A stretch of 64,000 nucleotides of DNA from Nitrospirota bacterium (GTDB lineage Bacteria > Nitrospirota > Nitrospiria > JACQBZ01), in contig JACQBZ010000035.1 in NCBI GenBank assembly GCA_016194285.1, forward strand, positions 385 through 64,384, written 5' to 3'. Position numbers and translations under genes: made by a program. Below are positions 9,140 to 17,196 of this stretch, piece by piece. The number at the start of each line of letters is the position of its first letter. The stretch's first letter is position 1. The notes beneath the pieces are model-generated. The model saw nothing but the letters and a program-made list of their open reading frames with translations, was not told where the DNA came from and did not search any database.

Positions 9140-9829
9140 CTACGGATTCTGCGGAAGATCCCATCGAAACACCGCCTCTTTTTCACCCGGCAATCCCTTC
9201 AAAGTGAGCTCAAGCCAGGTCGGCGGCTTCTCGCCCGGAAGATGCTCGCCGATCAGATGCCCGATCAGGTGCTCACCCGCCTCGGTCATCTGCGGAAAAA
9301 ACAAGACCCCCTCTAAATGCCGGGAAGACGCGCCGCGCCCTTCCGACCACTGCCAGGGAGGGATACTAATCTCTTTGTCGTTGCGCAACAAACTTTTCTC
9401 TTTCACATCATACATCCTCAGATCAACCGATGTCGAATCCATTATAACCGTGAAGCCAAGATTATCGTGGACGTTAAATCGCTTTGCATACTCATGGTAG
9501 AGGGCATCCGGACGCTTCATGCCCCGCGCTCCTTCCGCCACCGCCAGGGTTCTGAAGAATTCGGGTGTATTCCAGGTCACGGTGATCCTGACGTCACCGG
9601 CGGTGGCCTTCCGGGTGAACGTGTCCTTCACGCGATGGAATGCTGCGACCCCCGCCGTGGAATCTTCAGGAACTTCCGCACCGGGAATATCGGGGCTGCG
9701 ACTGACGAACTCTTCGACCTCCCGGTGCTTTACGAAATCCCAGACGATGAACCCGGCTAATAAAATCAGACCCACCACGACATACGGCCAGATCTTCGCC
9801 TTTCTCCGAATATTGTTCATCTCCATCAC
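9140..9829 (-). CDS. Membrane-anchored periplasmic protein of unknown function, ends FRWDLPQNP
   Basis: One N-terminal TM helix (IWPYVVVGLILLAGFIVW). Shares motif order with the 18693-19133 protein. Start is ambiguous (GTG 9829, ATG 9826 or ATG 9820). Confidence 0.6.
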   Translation of the reverse strand: MMEMNNIRRKAKIWPYVVVGLILLAGFIVWDFVKHREVEEFVSRSPDIPGAEVPEDSTAGVAAFHRVKDTFTRKATAGDVRITVTWNTPEFFRTLAVAEGARGMKRPDALYHEYAKRFNVHDNLGFTVIMDSTSVDLRMYDVKEKSLLRNDKEISIPPWQWSEGRGASSRHLEGVLFFPQMTEAGEHLIGHLIGEHLPGEKPPTWLELTLKGLPGEKEAVFRWDLPQNP

Positions 9830-9839
9830 CCCCTTGAGT

Positions 9840-10427
9840 TTACGCCCGCCGCCAAAGGCGTGGCATGAAACGAGGCACCTGTTCCATATACTCGCGGTAG
9901 GCCGGCAAGCGCTGGAGCAGATCGATTTCTTCCAAGCGAGCTTGGACGATAAGCCAGACGAATCCGAGCGCGCAGGCTACCCCGACAGTGAACGTCGGCT
10001 TGAGCAACACCCCCCCAACACATATCAAAAGTCCGCCGGCATAGATCGGATGGCGGACATAAGCATACACGCTGTGGCGTACCAACGCGTCGCGGACAGA
10101 AGGCCACCCTGTTGGCTGGCCCAACACCACATGGCCCCAGACGAATGGAACCGAACCCACGGTAACGAGTAGCCAGCCGAGACTCTTCGCTGCCCAACCA
10201 CCGATGAACAACAACGGTGCAGGCTGAAACCATGCAAGGAGAAAACCCCAGAGGCCTAAAGGTATACCGAGGTAATTCCTTAAGATCGATGTGGCCAGTT
10301 CACCCTGCGGTTCGCCCCACCAACGCGAGTAGGCCGCCGTGAAGGCGCTGGCTCCAGCCAGGCCAAAACCGAGCAGCAAGGGGATAAGAAACAGATACAT
10401 CTCTTGACCCGCAACAGTTATTCCCAT
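9840..10427 (-). CDS. ICMT/phospholipid-methyltransferase-family membrane methyltransferase
   Basis: Multi-TM protein with the VRHPIYAGGLL motif of the isoprenylcysteine carboxyl methyltransferase / PEMT family. Confidence 0.75.
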   Translation of the reverse strand: MGITVAGQEMYLFLIPLLLGFGLAGASAFTAAYSRWWGEPQGELATSILRNYLGIPLGLWGFLLAWFQPAPLLFIGGWAAKSLGWLLVTVGSVPFVWGHVVLGQPTGWPSVRDALVRHSVYAYVRHPIYAGGLLICVGGVLLKPTFTVGVACALGFVWLIVQARLEEIDLLQRLPAYREYMEQVPRFMPRLWRRA

Positions 10428-10678
10428 CGCCGGAGGATGAAGTTATAAATCGGCACATACACAAGTCCGGTGTAGGCTCCATATATAAAGCTCCTCAGCA
10501 GTCCCACGAAGAAGCCGGAGAGGCTTCCCCATTTAAAACCCGGGAGCGCAATCTCCAGAAACTCGTGCATGTGCAGGCTCTCCGGCGCGATGAGGCCATA
10601 CAGCACGCAGAGGAGAAAGGTCACCGTGCTAAAAATCGCCAGCGACCAAGTCACGATTAGAAGATTCAGCGGTTTCAT
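10418..10678 (-). CDS. Small membrane protein, paralog of 13442-13702 (DUF5676-like from memory)
   Basis: 86 aa, 2-3 TM helices. Aligns with the 13442-13702 product (..IAPE(S/T)..., G(S/A)..G...G..Y(N)). ATGA overlap with the upstream ORF. Confidence 0.6.
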   Translation of the reverse strand: MKPLNLLIVTWSLAIFSTVTFLLCVLYGLIAPESLHMHEFLEIALPGFKWGSLSGFFVGLLRSFIYGAYTGLVYVPIYNFILRRWE

Positions 10679-10803
10679 CGGCGACCCCCTCTTTCATCTT
10701 TATCGTGCCCCTCATGGCCGCCATGTCCTGGAAGCAGATGGCAGCCGACCATCAATAAAACCACCAAGATAAAAAACCAATTCTGTCTCAGGAATTCAAT
10801 CAT
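10675..10803 (-). CDS. DUF2933-like mini-protein (TM helix plus HGGHEGH tail)
   Basis: MIEFLRQNWFFILVVLLMVGCHLLPGHGGHEGHDKDE. Internal ATG of the 118-aa track ORF was chosen because it makes ATGA overlaps at both ends. Confidence 0.5.
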   Translation of the reverse strand: MIEFLRQNWFFILVVLLMVGCHLLPGHGGHEGHDKDERGGRR

Positions 10804-11024
10804 GATCCTCTCTCCCGCTCTTTCGATTTGCGACGTCTCACCTGGATCGCTCCCCAGATCAGCACCGCTGGGCAAACCAACAGTATGGCGACGAGAAGGG
10901 ACGTCCAGACCGAAAACCCTAACAGCAACAAGATCGCTGCGGCAAGTCCCAGCATCGCATAGGGGCAGAGCCATGCCCATCGGCCCGCCCATACCAGACA
11001 GGTTTTTACCGCGCCCGGTCTCAT
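10800..11024 (-). CDS. Small 2-TM membrane protein with a Cys-Pro motif in each helix
   Basis: MRPGAVKTCLVWAGRWAWLCPYAMLGL...LLVCPAVLIWG. AAGGAG lies 9 nt upstream of ATG 11024. Immediately downstream of copA. Confidence 0.5.
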   Translation of the reverse strand: MRPGAVKTCLVWAGRWAWLCPYAMLGLAAAILLLLGFSVWTSLLVAILLVCPAVLIWGAIQVRRRKSKERERGS

Positions 11025-11072
11025 CCAACAAATCTCCTTTGACTGCAATACATACAACCGCAGATCCCGATT

Positions 11073-13409
11073 TCAGCTGGTGGACAGCTTCTTCCGCTTC
11101 AGCAACGCCGAGTTGACGATGACCGATAGAGAACTCAAGGCCATCGCGGCCGCCGCGATAATCGGATTTAAAAAGCCCAAGGCTGCCACCGGAATGCCGA
11201 TGGCGTTATAGATAAAGGCCCAAAAAAGATTTTGCTTGATCTTCCGCATCGTGGCGCGGGAGAGGCGGATGCCGGACACCACGTCACGCACATCGTTCTT
11301 GACCAGAATGATCCCGCCGGTCTCTTTCGCCACATCCGAACCGGAGCCGATGGCGATGCCGATATCGGCCGCCGCCAATGCCGGGGCATCGTTGACTCCG
11401 TCGCCCACCATCGCCACCACTTTTCCCTGTTTTTGTAAATCCTGCACGACCCGAGCTTTGTCGGCGGGCAGGACTTCGGCAATGACACGTTCAATCCCCA
11501 ATTCCTTTGCAATCGCCCGGGCGGTGCGCTCGTTGTCTCCGGTGAGGAGAATCACTTCGACGTTCTCCGTGCGCAGGGCAGCGACCGCCTCTTTCGCCTC
11601 CGGCTTGAGCGTATCGGCCACTGCGACGACCCCGACCAACTTCCCATCGCACCCAACGAGCATGGCCGTTTTGCCCTCCGATTCCAGACGCGTCATTGAT
11701 GCTTCCGCTGTCGCGGGGTCGATCCCCTCCCGCTGAAAAAGACGCCGGTTGCCCAAGAGGACCTTTTTCGCATCGACGTCTCCCCGGATCCCGTGACCGG
11801 GGATCGCCTCAAACCCGGTGACTTTGGGAAGCTCCAGTCCGCGGTGTGTAGCTGCCCGAACGATCGCTTCGCCCAAGGGATGTTCCGAGCCGACTTCCAC
11901 GGCGGCGGCGAGTCTCAGGATTTCCTCTTCCTTCGAATCGGAGAGTGAAATAATGTCCGTGACGTTCGGCTCCCCTCGAGTGAGCGTTCCGGTCTTGTCG
12001 AAGATGACGGCCGTGAGTTTCTGGGCCCGCTCGAGGACTTCGCCCCCGCGGATCAAAATGCCGCCCTCGGCTCCCTTGCCGACGCCCACCATCAGCGCCG
12101 CCGGGGTGGCGATGCCCAGCGCGCAGGGGCAGGCGATGATGAGCACGGCGATGAAGGCAAGCAGCGCTTGCGGAAAATTGCCCGACAACCACCAGCCGGC
12201 AAAGGAGAGAACCGCCACTCCTACGACGGCCGGAACAAAGTAGCCCGTCACCTGATCGGCGATCCGCTGAATCGGCGCGCTGCTGGCCTGAGCCTCTTCC
12301 ACCATTTTGATGATCTGGGCCAGAGCCGTCTCGGCGCCCACCCGCGTGGCCTTGAAGCGGAACAGGCCGGTGCGATTCAACGTGCCGCCGATCACCTGCG
12401 CCCCCGGCCCTTTTTCCACCGGCATCGATTCGCCGGTCAGCATCGACTCATCAACCGCCGAGGCCCCTTCCAGCACCGCTCCATCGGTCGGAATCTTCTC
12501 CCCGGGGCGTACGACGACAATTTCATCTATCATCACCATCTCGGCAGGAACCTCCACCTCTGTTCCTTCCCGAATGACGCGGGCCGTCGCCGGTTTTAGA
12601 TCCATCAGTTTGCGCACGGCGGCCGACGAGCGTTTTTTGATCAACTCCTCCATATATTTTCCTAACAGCACAAAGGCGATGATGACGGCCGAGACCTCAA
12701 AATAGACGTCCCGCTCCTCGACCTTCACCGGTAGCACATCGGGAAAGAAAATCACGGCCACGCTGTAGAGGTAGGCCACCGTGGTGCCGAGTGCGATCAA
12801 AAAGTCCATGTTGATCGTCCGGGTCCGTATGGCGTTCCAAGAACCGACGTAGAAGGACCACCCGCCGATGAATTGCACCGGCGTCACCAGGATGAAGAGC
12901 CACATGCCCCATGTGAACCAGGGAAGCTGAGGAATCGGCGCCCAGGTCACGATGGTCGCGCCCGCCGCCAGCGCGATGAAGGCCGCGGCCCGGAGGATCG
13001 CCAGGGCCAGAACTCCTGTCAGGGCGATCGTGACACGGGTCCGCATCGATTTGAGTTCGGCCTCGGGCGATTCGAAGGTTCGCTGACAGCCGACGCTGCA
13101 AAAATAGTAGGCGCGTCCTCCTCGCTCCGATTTAAGCGCCGTCGTCTTGTCCACCACCATCCCACAGATCGGGTCCTTGGCTTTCTCCTTTGAAGCCTTG
13201 ACAGCGGCGGTGGGCATACCCTCAGCCGCCTCCGCTTTTGCTTCCATCTGTGTGACACGATGACCTTCCAAGATGAAACTTGCTGGATTCATCTCAAATT
13301 TGCGGAGACACTCCGGAGAACAGAAATAATAGGCCACTCCCTTATAGACCGATCTGCCCGCCGCCGTCTTCTCGTCCACCTGCATGCCGCATACCGGATC
13401 GGTTATCAT
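11073..13409 (-). CDS. copA: Cu(I)-translocating P1B-type ATPase with two N-terminal TRASH/YHS domains
   Basis: [17 protein letters not shown] and [46 protein letters not shown] and MALSS transmembrane signatures. Start at ATG 13409, 6 nt after GAGGAGG. Confidence 0.92.
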   Translation of the reverse strand: MITDPVCGMQVDEKTAAGRSVYKGVAYYFCSPECLRKFEMNPASFILEGHRVTQMEAKAEAAEGMPTAAVKASKEKAKDPICGMVVDKTTALKSERGGRAYYFCSVGCQRTFESPEAELKSMRTRVTIALTGVLALAILRAAAFIALAAGATIVTWAPIPQLPWFTWGMWLFILVTPVQFIGGWSFYVGSWNAIRTRTINMDFLIALGTTVAYLYSVAVIFFPDVLPVKVEERDVYFEVSAVIIAFVLLGKYMEELIKKRSSAAVRKLMDLKPATARVIREGTEVEVPAEMVMIDEIVVVRPGEKIPTDGAVLEGASAVDESMLTGESMPVEKGPGAQVIGGTLNRTGLFRFKATRVGAETALAQIIKMVEEAQASSAPIQRIADQVTGYFVPAVVGVAVLSFAGWWLSGNFPQALLAFIAVLIIACPCALGIATPAALMVGVGKGAEGGILIRGGEVLERAQKLTAVIFDKTGTLTRGEPNVTDIISLSDSKEEEILRLAAAVEVGSEHPLGEAIVRAATHRGLELPKVTGFEAIPGHGIRGDVDAKKVLLGNRRLFQREGIDPATAEASMTRLESEGKTAMLVGCDGKLVGVVAVADTLKPEAKEAVAALRTENVEVILLTGDNERTARAIAKELGIERVIAEVLPADKARVVQDLQKQGKVVAMVGDGVNDAPALAAADIGIAIGSGSDVAKETGGIILVKNDVRDVVSGIRLSRATMRKIKQNLFWAFIYNAIGIPVAALGFLNPIIAAAAMALSSLSVIVNSALLKRKKLSTS

Positions 13410-13441
13410 GACCATCCTCCTCTGTTTTACATCCCGATCCC

Positions 13442-13702
13442 TTAACTCCGGGAGAGACGGTTGTAGATCCAAGCCACCGCACCGGCCAGGAAGGCCATCC
13501 CAAGGCCGGTTCCCAGAAGTCCGGCAATGAAACTCCCCCAACTGATCGTACTGGCCATACCGCTGAGATCAATATGAAAGAGATAGCTAAAAAAAGCTCT
13601 GGTTGTCTCAGGTGCGATAGCCACGAAGAACGCGCAAATCGTAAAGACCGCAGCCGTGACAGCCCCCACGGCGAGGGCAAAGGCACGAATATCCAGTTTC
13701 AT
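13442..13702 (-). CDS. Small membrane protein, paralog of 10418-10678 (DUF5676-like from memory)
   Basis: [34 protein letters not shown]... AAGGAGG upstream of ATG 13702. Directly upstream of copA. Confidence 0.6.
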   Translation of the reverse strand: MKLDIRAFALAVGAVTAAVFTICAFFVAIAPETTRAFFSYLFHIDLSGMASTISWGSFIAGLLGTGLGMAFLAGAVAWIYNRLSRS

Positions 13703-13722
13703 GACTGACCTCCTTGAACCTT

Positions 13723-14853
13723 TTACTCCCGTTGACAGCGGCACCAGACACAGTCGCAATCCTCATGGGAACAACTGTAATCCCTGAAACGGCTCCGGCG
13801 CAAGTAGAACGGATAGGTCACAGGATAAAGGAGCCGCTTAAGTAGCGATGGGTTGCACTGCCGCCGCACTAGTTCCCTGGGGTCGCGACTCCGCCCGATG
13901 TAGTCTGCCAAGCGCCGGTAACCCCCATTCCCAAAAAGTTCAAAAAGGAATCGATTCACCAAGCCGGTCCTAAGCTGAGGAAGCAGTTCGTGCCTCCACA
14001 GGCGATCGTAGTCCTTTCCTTCGATGATCGCACGGGCCGCGAGATGCCCGGACATGATGGCATACCGTATCCCGAACCCAAACAGGGCATCCTGGAAACC
14101 GGCCGCCTCCCCGACATAAAGTTTTCCGCTCCTTTGCTCCGTCGGTCGAATTGAGAAATTACCGTAGCCCCCGAACTCCCTCGGATGTTTCATGTCCAGC
14201 GGGACAATTTTTTGAAAAGCCGCGAGCGTCTTCTTATAGAACTCCTTCTCCCGTCGAAATTCGCGGAGAATCACCGTCGCCAGTGTGGCTCGTCCTTGAT
14301 GAACAAGGAGATAGGCATACCCTTTGGGGGCGAGTCGGTCATCCCCGATGGCCACAGCCATGTCGGGTAGTTCCGTCTCAAAAAGGACTCCCTTGACAAT
14401 CGCATCTGCTACCTTTGGACCGATCGCTACAATGCCCCCTTCGGGAAGTTTCTCCACACGCTTGTTGAAGACGAACTCCACCCCCGCTTCGAGCGCCTGG
14501 GCTTTCAGTCCATAATCCAGCGTTCCCGCCTCGCTTCCCCTCCGGACAAGATAAAAGAAGGGTTCGAATGACCGGACCGTCACCTTCCGTAGATCCGGAT
14601 CATACAGATCGCCTTCGCGATAAGGTTGGCAGAGAAAATTGATCTTGATTCCCATCCGCTGAAGAAGATCGGTCACATCCTCTCGGCTACTCCAGTTCTC
14701 CAGCCCCTGGAAATCGCCGTGGAAGCGGTGTCCTACGTCGGACCGTTCCTCATGCACGATGACACGGTATCCATGGTGCGCCAGCGTCATGGCGGCCACA
14801 AGCCCCGACGGCCCTGCACCCACGATCTCGATAGGCTGATCTTTTCTATCCAT
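13723..14853 (-). CDS. FAD-dependent oxidoreductase (geranylgeranyl-reductase-like) with Cys-rich C-terminal tail
   Basis: IEIVGAGPSGLVAAMTLA dinucleotide-binding motif, GEAAGFQD motif, tail CSHEDCDCVWCRCQRE. Start placed at MDRKDQ. Confidence 0.7.
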   Translation of the reverse strand: MDRKDQPIEIVGAGPSGLVAAMTLAHHGYRVIVHEERSDVGHRFHGDFQGLENWSSREDVTDLLQRMGIKINFLCQPYREGDLYDPDLRKVTVRSFEPFFYLVRRGSEAGTLDYGLKAQALEAGVEFVFNKRVEKLPEGGIVAIGPKVADAIVKGVLFETELPDMAVAIGDDRLAPKGYAYLLVHQGRATLATVILREFRREKEFYKKTLAAFQKIVPLDMKHPREFGGYGNFSIRPTEQRSGKLYVGEAAGFQDALFGFGIRYAIMSGHLAARAIIEGKDYDRLWRHELLPQLRTGLVNRFLFELFGNGGYRRLADYIGRSRDPRELVRRQCNPSLLKRLLYPVTYPFYLRRSRFRDYSCSHEDCDCVWCRCQRE

Positions 14854-14906
14854 CACGATCTCCCTTGAACGGTTGCGCTTTGTAGATCTTCCAAAGAGGT
14901 CATCCT

Positions 14907-15467
14907 TCAAGAGACGGCCACGATTGATCGCACCGCATCCAGAAACTTTGCATCGCTGATCGCCGAGAGATGGCTTTTCAACCGGACCCTCCCGGATTGG
15001 TCCAAGATCAAGAGATTGTAGAGGGGACAGGCATTCTCCGGGTGCTCAAATTCCAGGATCCGGCCAACCCAGTCCTCCGGGTCCAGAAGAAGCGGGAAGT
15101 CGATCCGATGGGTGCGAAGGATCCGCTCCGGCGTATCCCGATCGTCCCCCAGGGTCGAGATGGCTATGATCTCCAGCCGATCCCGCTTTTCCTCATAGAC
15201 TCTCTGGAGGAGACCGATCCGCTCCTCGCAGCTTGAGCAGAGATTCGTCAACCAGAGAACCACGGCTTTTTTCGGAAAAGCATGCGACAGGGTGACCGGC
15301 TGACCGTAAAGGTCGCGCAGGGTAAAATCCGGTATCCGTTCCCCGGCCTCCATTGCTTTTTTACCGAAAGAATGAAACAGCCAGCGGGCGTAGATAAAGG
15401 CTTTCCAAAATACCCTGCTTATTGGTGACAGAATTCTTAGCATGACATTTCTTTCCCGGATTTCCAA
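14907..15467 (-). CDS. Thioredoxin-fold redoxin/TlpA-like protein (CSSC active site)
   Basis: IPDFTLRDLYGQPVTL...VVLWLTNLCSSCEE. N-terminal hydrophobic anchor. Start is either TTG 15467 or ATG 15443. Confidence 0.7.
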   Translation of the reverse strand: MEIRERNVMLRILSPISRVFWKAFIYARWLFHSFGKKAMEAGERIPDFTLRDLYGQPVTLSHAFPKKAVVLWLTNLCSSCEERIGLLQRVYEEKRDRLEIIAISTLGDDRDTPERILRTHRIDFPLLLDPEDWVGRILEFEHPENACPLYNLLILDQSGRVRLKSHLSAISDAKFLDAVRSIVAVS

Positions 15468-15476
15468 TCGCGACTG

Positions 15477-16112
15477 TCACACGCCGCCAAACTTTGGGAT
15501 AAACATCGGCGTCCTGGCCCGGTACTGCCGATAGCGGTCCCCGAATTGGGCTTCCTCCTCAGTCTCCTCCCGCCGCGCCAGGCGGACGTACATATAGACC
15601 AGAACGGGAAACATCAGGAGCGTCAAGAAGGTCGGCCACTGGAGCAGGAATCCAAACAGGATCAGAACGAAGCCCACGTATTGCGGATGCCGGATCCGGG
15701 CATAAGGTCCCGTCACGGCCAGGCTGTGGCCGCTCTGTGCGGCATGAAGCACCTTCCAGGCGGCCGAAAGCAGAATGAATCCCCCGAAGATCAGGATGTT
15801 GCTGATGAGGTGGAATGGACCGAAATGGGGGTTCGTTCGCCAGCCGAACAGGATTTCCAGCAGATGGCCCGACTCGTGGGAAAAGGGATCCAGACCGGGA
15901 TAACGCCGCTGGAGCCAGCCCGAAAGGAGATAGATCGTGAGCGGGAATCCGTACATCTCGGTAAACAATGCGATGATGAAAGCCGAAAAGGCCCCGAACG
16001 ACCGCCAGTCCCGCCGGTTGCGCGGATGTGTGAAGCTGAACGCGAAGATGATAAAGACCAGCGCGTTGATCACGACCAGCGGCCACAGACCGTATGCCGG
16101 CGCGTCGTTCAT
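15477..16112 (-). CDS. ICMT/phospholipid-methyltransferase-family membrane methyltransferase (second copy)
   Basis: IRHPQYVGFVLILFG motif, multi-TM. Start at MNDAPAY gives an ATGA overlap with the DUF2933-like gene. Confidence 0.75.
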   Translation of the reverse strand: MNDAPAYGLWPLVVINALVFIIFAFSFTHPRNRRDWRSFGAFSAFIIALFTEMYGFPLTIYLLSGWLQRRYPGLDPFSHESGHLLEILFGWRTNPHFGPFHLISNILIFGGFILLSAAWKVLHAAQSGHSLAVTGPYARIRHPQYVGFVLILFGFLLQWPTFLTLLMFPVLVYMYVRLARREETEEEAQFGDRYRQYRARTPMFIPKFGGV

Positions 16113-16354
16113 GGTCGTTCCCTCCCCGAGTCGGAATGACGATCTCCTTCGTGCTCTTTCGGTTCCCCATGGCCGCCGTGTCCGAACAGATGAAGCAGTA
16201 TGCACGCGAGCAGCAGGTACGGCAGTGCCCCGAACAGATGGGCGCGGTGCTCAGTGAAGAGAAAGAACACCGCGATCGCCAGAAAGCCCAGCAGCACCAG
16301 GCCGCCGCGGGATCGTAGCCAATTATTCCTGGACGGTCGAGTTTCATTGTTCAT
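16109..16354 (-). CDS. DUF2933-like membrane protein with HGGHG tail
   Basis: LRSRGGLVLLGFLAIAVFFLFTEHRAHLFGALPYLLLACILLHLFGHGGHGEPKEHEGD. Confidence 0.65.
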   Translation of the reverse strand: MNNETRPSRNNWLRSRGGLVLLGFLAIAVFFLFTEHRAHLFGALPYLLLACILLHLFGHGGHGEPKEHEGDRHSDSGRERP

Positions 16355-16364
16355 CGGTTACCCC

Positions 16365-17165
16365 CTACCTTCCTTGCCGTGAAAGGATGTAATGTACAAG
16401 ATCCCAGGCGCTTTCCTCCTTGCCTTTGAACTGGCTGCTGAAGCCGGGCATGGGGGTCCCGTCCAGGCCGGTCATGATGGTCCGATAGATGTCTTCGTGA
16501 GAGGTCCCGTTCCCGAAGGTCTCCTGGCGGGTCAGGTCCACCGGCTTGATGGGAAGCCCTCTTTTATCCTTTAACGAAATACCCGTCCCTCGGCCGTCCA
16601 GTCCATGGCATGCAAAGCATCCCAATCTTTTGTAAACTTCTTTTCCGCGCACGACGCTCTCGACCGAATAGGTATACGGCCCCACATGTTCCACATACTT
16701 GATGGTTGTTTGGGTAGGGAGCTCTTTTTGAATGAACTCTCGAGCGATATACAACGAGACCTGCCTGATCCTTTCCTCTCCAAGATTTCGGAAAGACGGC
16801 ATGAAACCAGGGATTCCTTCACGGATCGTCCGCATCAGATCCTCCAACATGGGCAGCTGACCCGACTCGGTGGATCGGAACTTGAAAATCCCGGCCGTAA
16901 AATCATTCGGACGGGGATGCGAATAGGGACCGATAAAAATCGCTGCGGCGCCATCGCCCCGTCCCTTCGATCCGTGGCAGTGGATGCAGGTCATCCGATA
17001 AATCATCTTCCCCGTCGCAATGTCCGCGGCGCCCGTTTCTTCCATGCGTCCCATATCATGCCCCTGTTCCGGATTCGTCTGGCCGAATCCAGCTTCCGTA
17101 TAGAAGAGGGACAGACATGTCGTTGCGACCACGACCAAACCAAAACTGAAAGCGTGACGGTTCAT
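16365..17165 (-). CDS. Periplasmic dihaem c-type cytochrome
   Basis: Signal peptide from MNRHAFSF (GAGGAGG upstream). Two CxxCH sites (CIHCHG, CFACHG). Confidence 0.8.
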   Translation of the reverse strand: MNRHAFSFGLVVVATTCLSLFYTEAGFGQTNPEQGHDMGRMEETGAADIATGKMIYRMTCIHCHGSKGRGDGAAAIFIGPYSHPRPNDFTAGIFKFRSTESGQLPMLEDLMRTIREGIPGFMPSFRNLGEERIRQVSLYIAREFIQKELPTQTTIKYVEHVGPYTYSVESVVRGKEVYKRLGCFACHGLDGRGTGISLKDKRGLPIKPVDLTRQETFGNGTSHEDIYRTIMTGLDGTPMPGFSSQFKGKEESAWDLVHYILSRQGR

Positions 17166-17196
17166 AGGTATTGCCTCCTCGATCCCGCGAGCCTGC

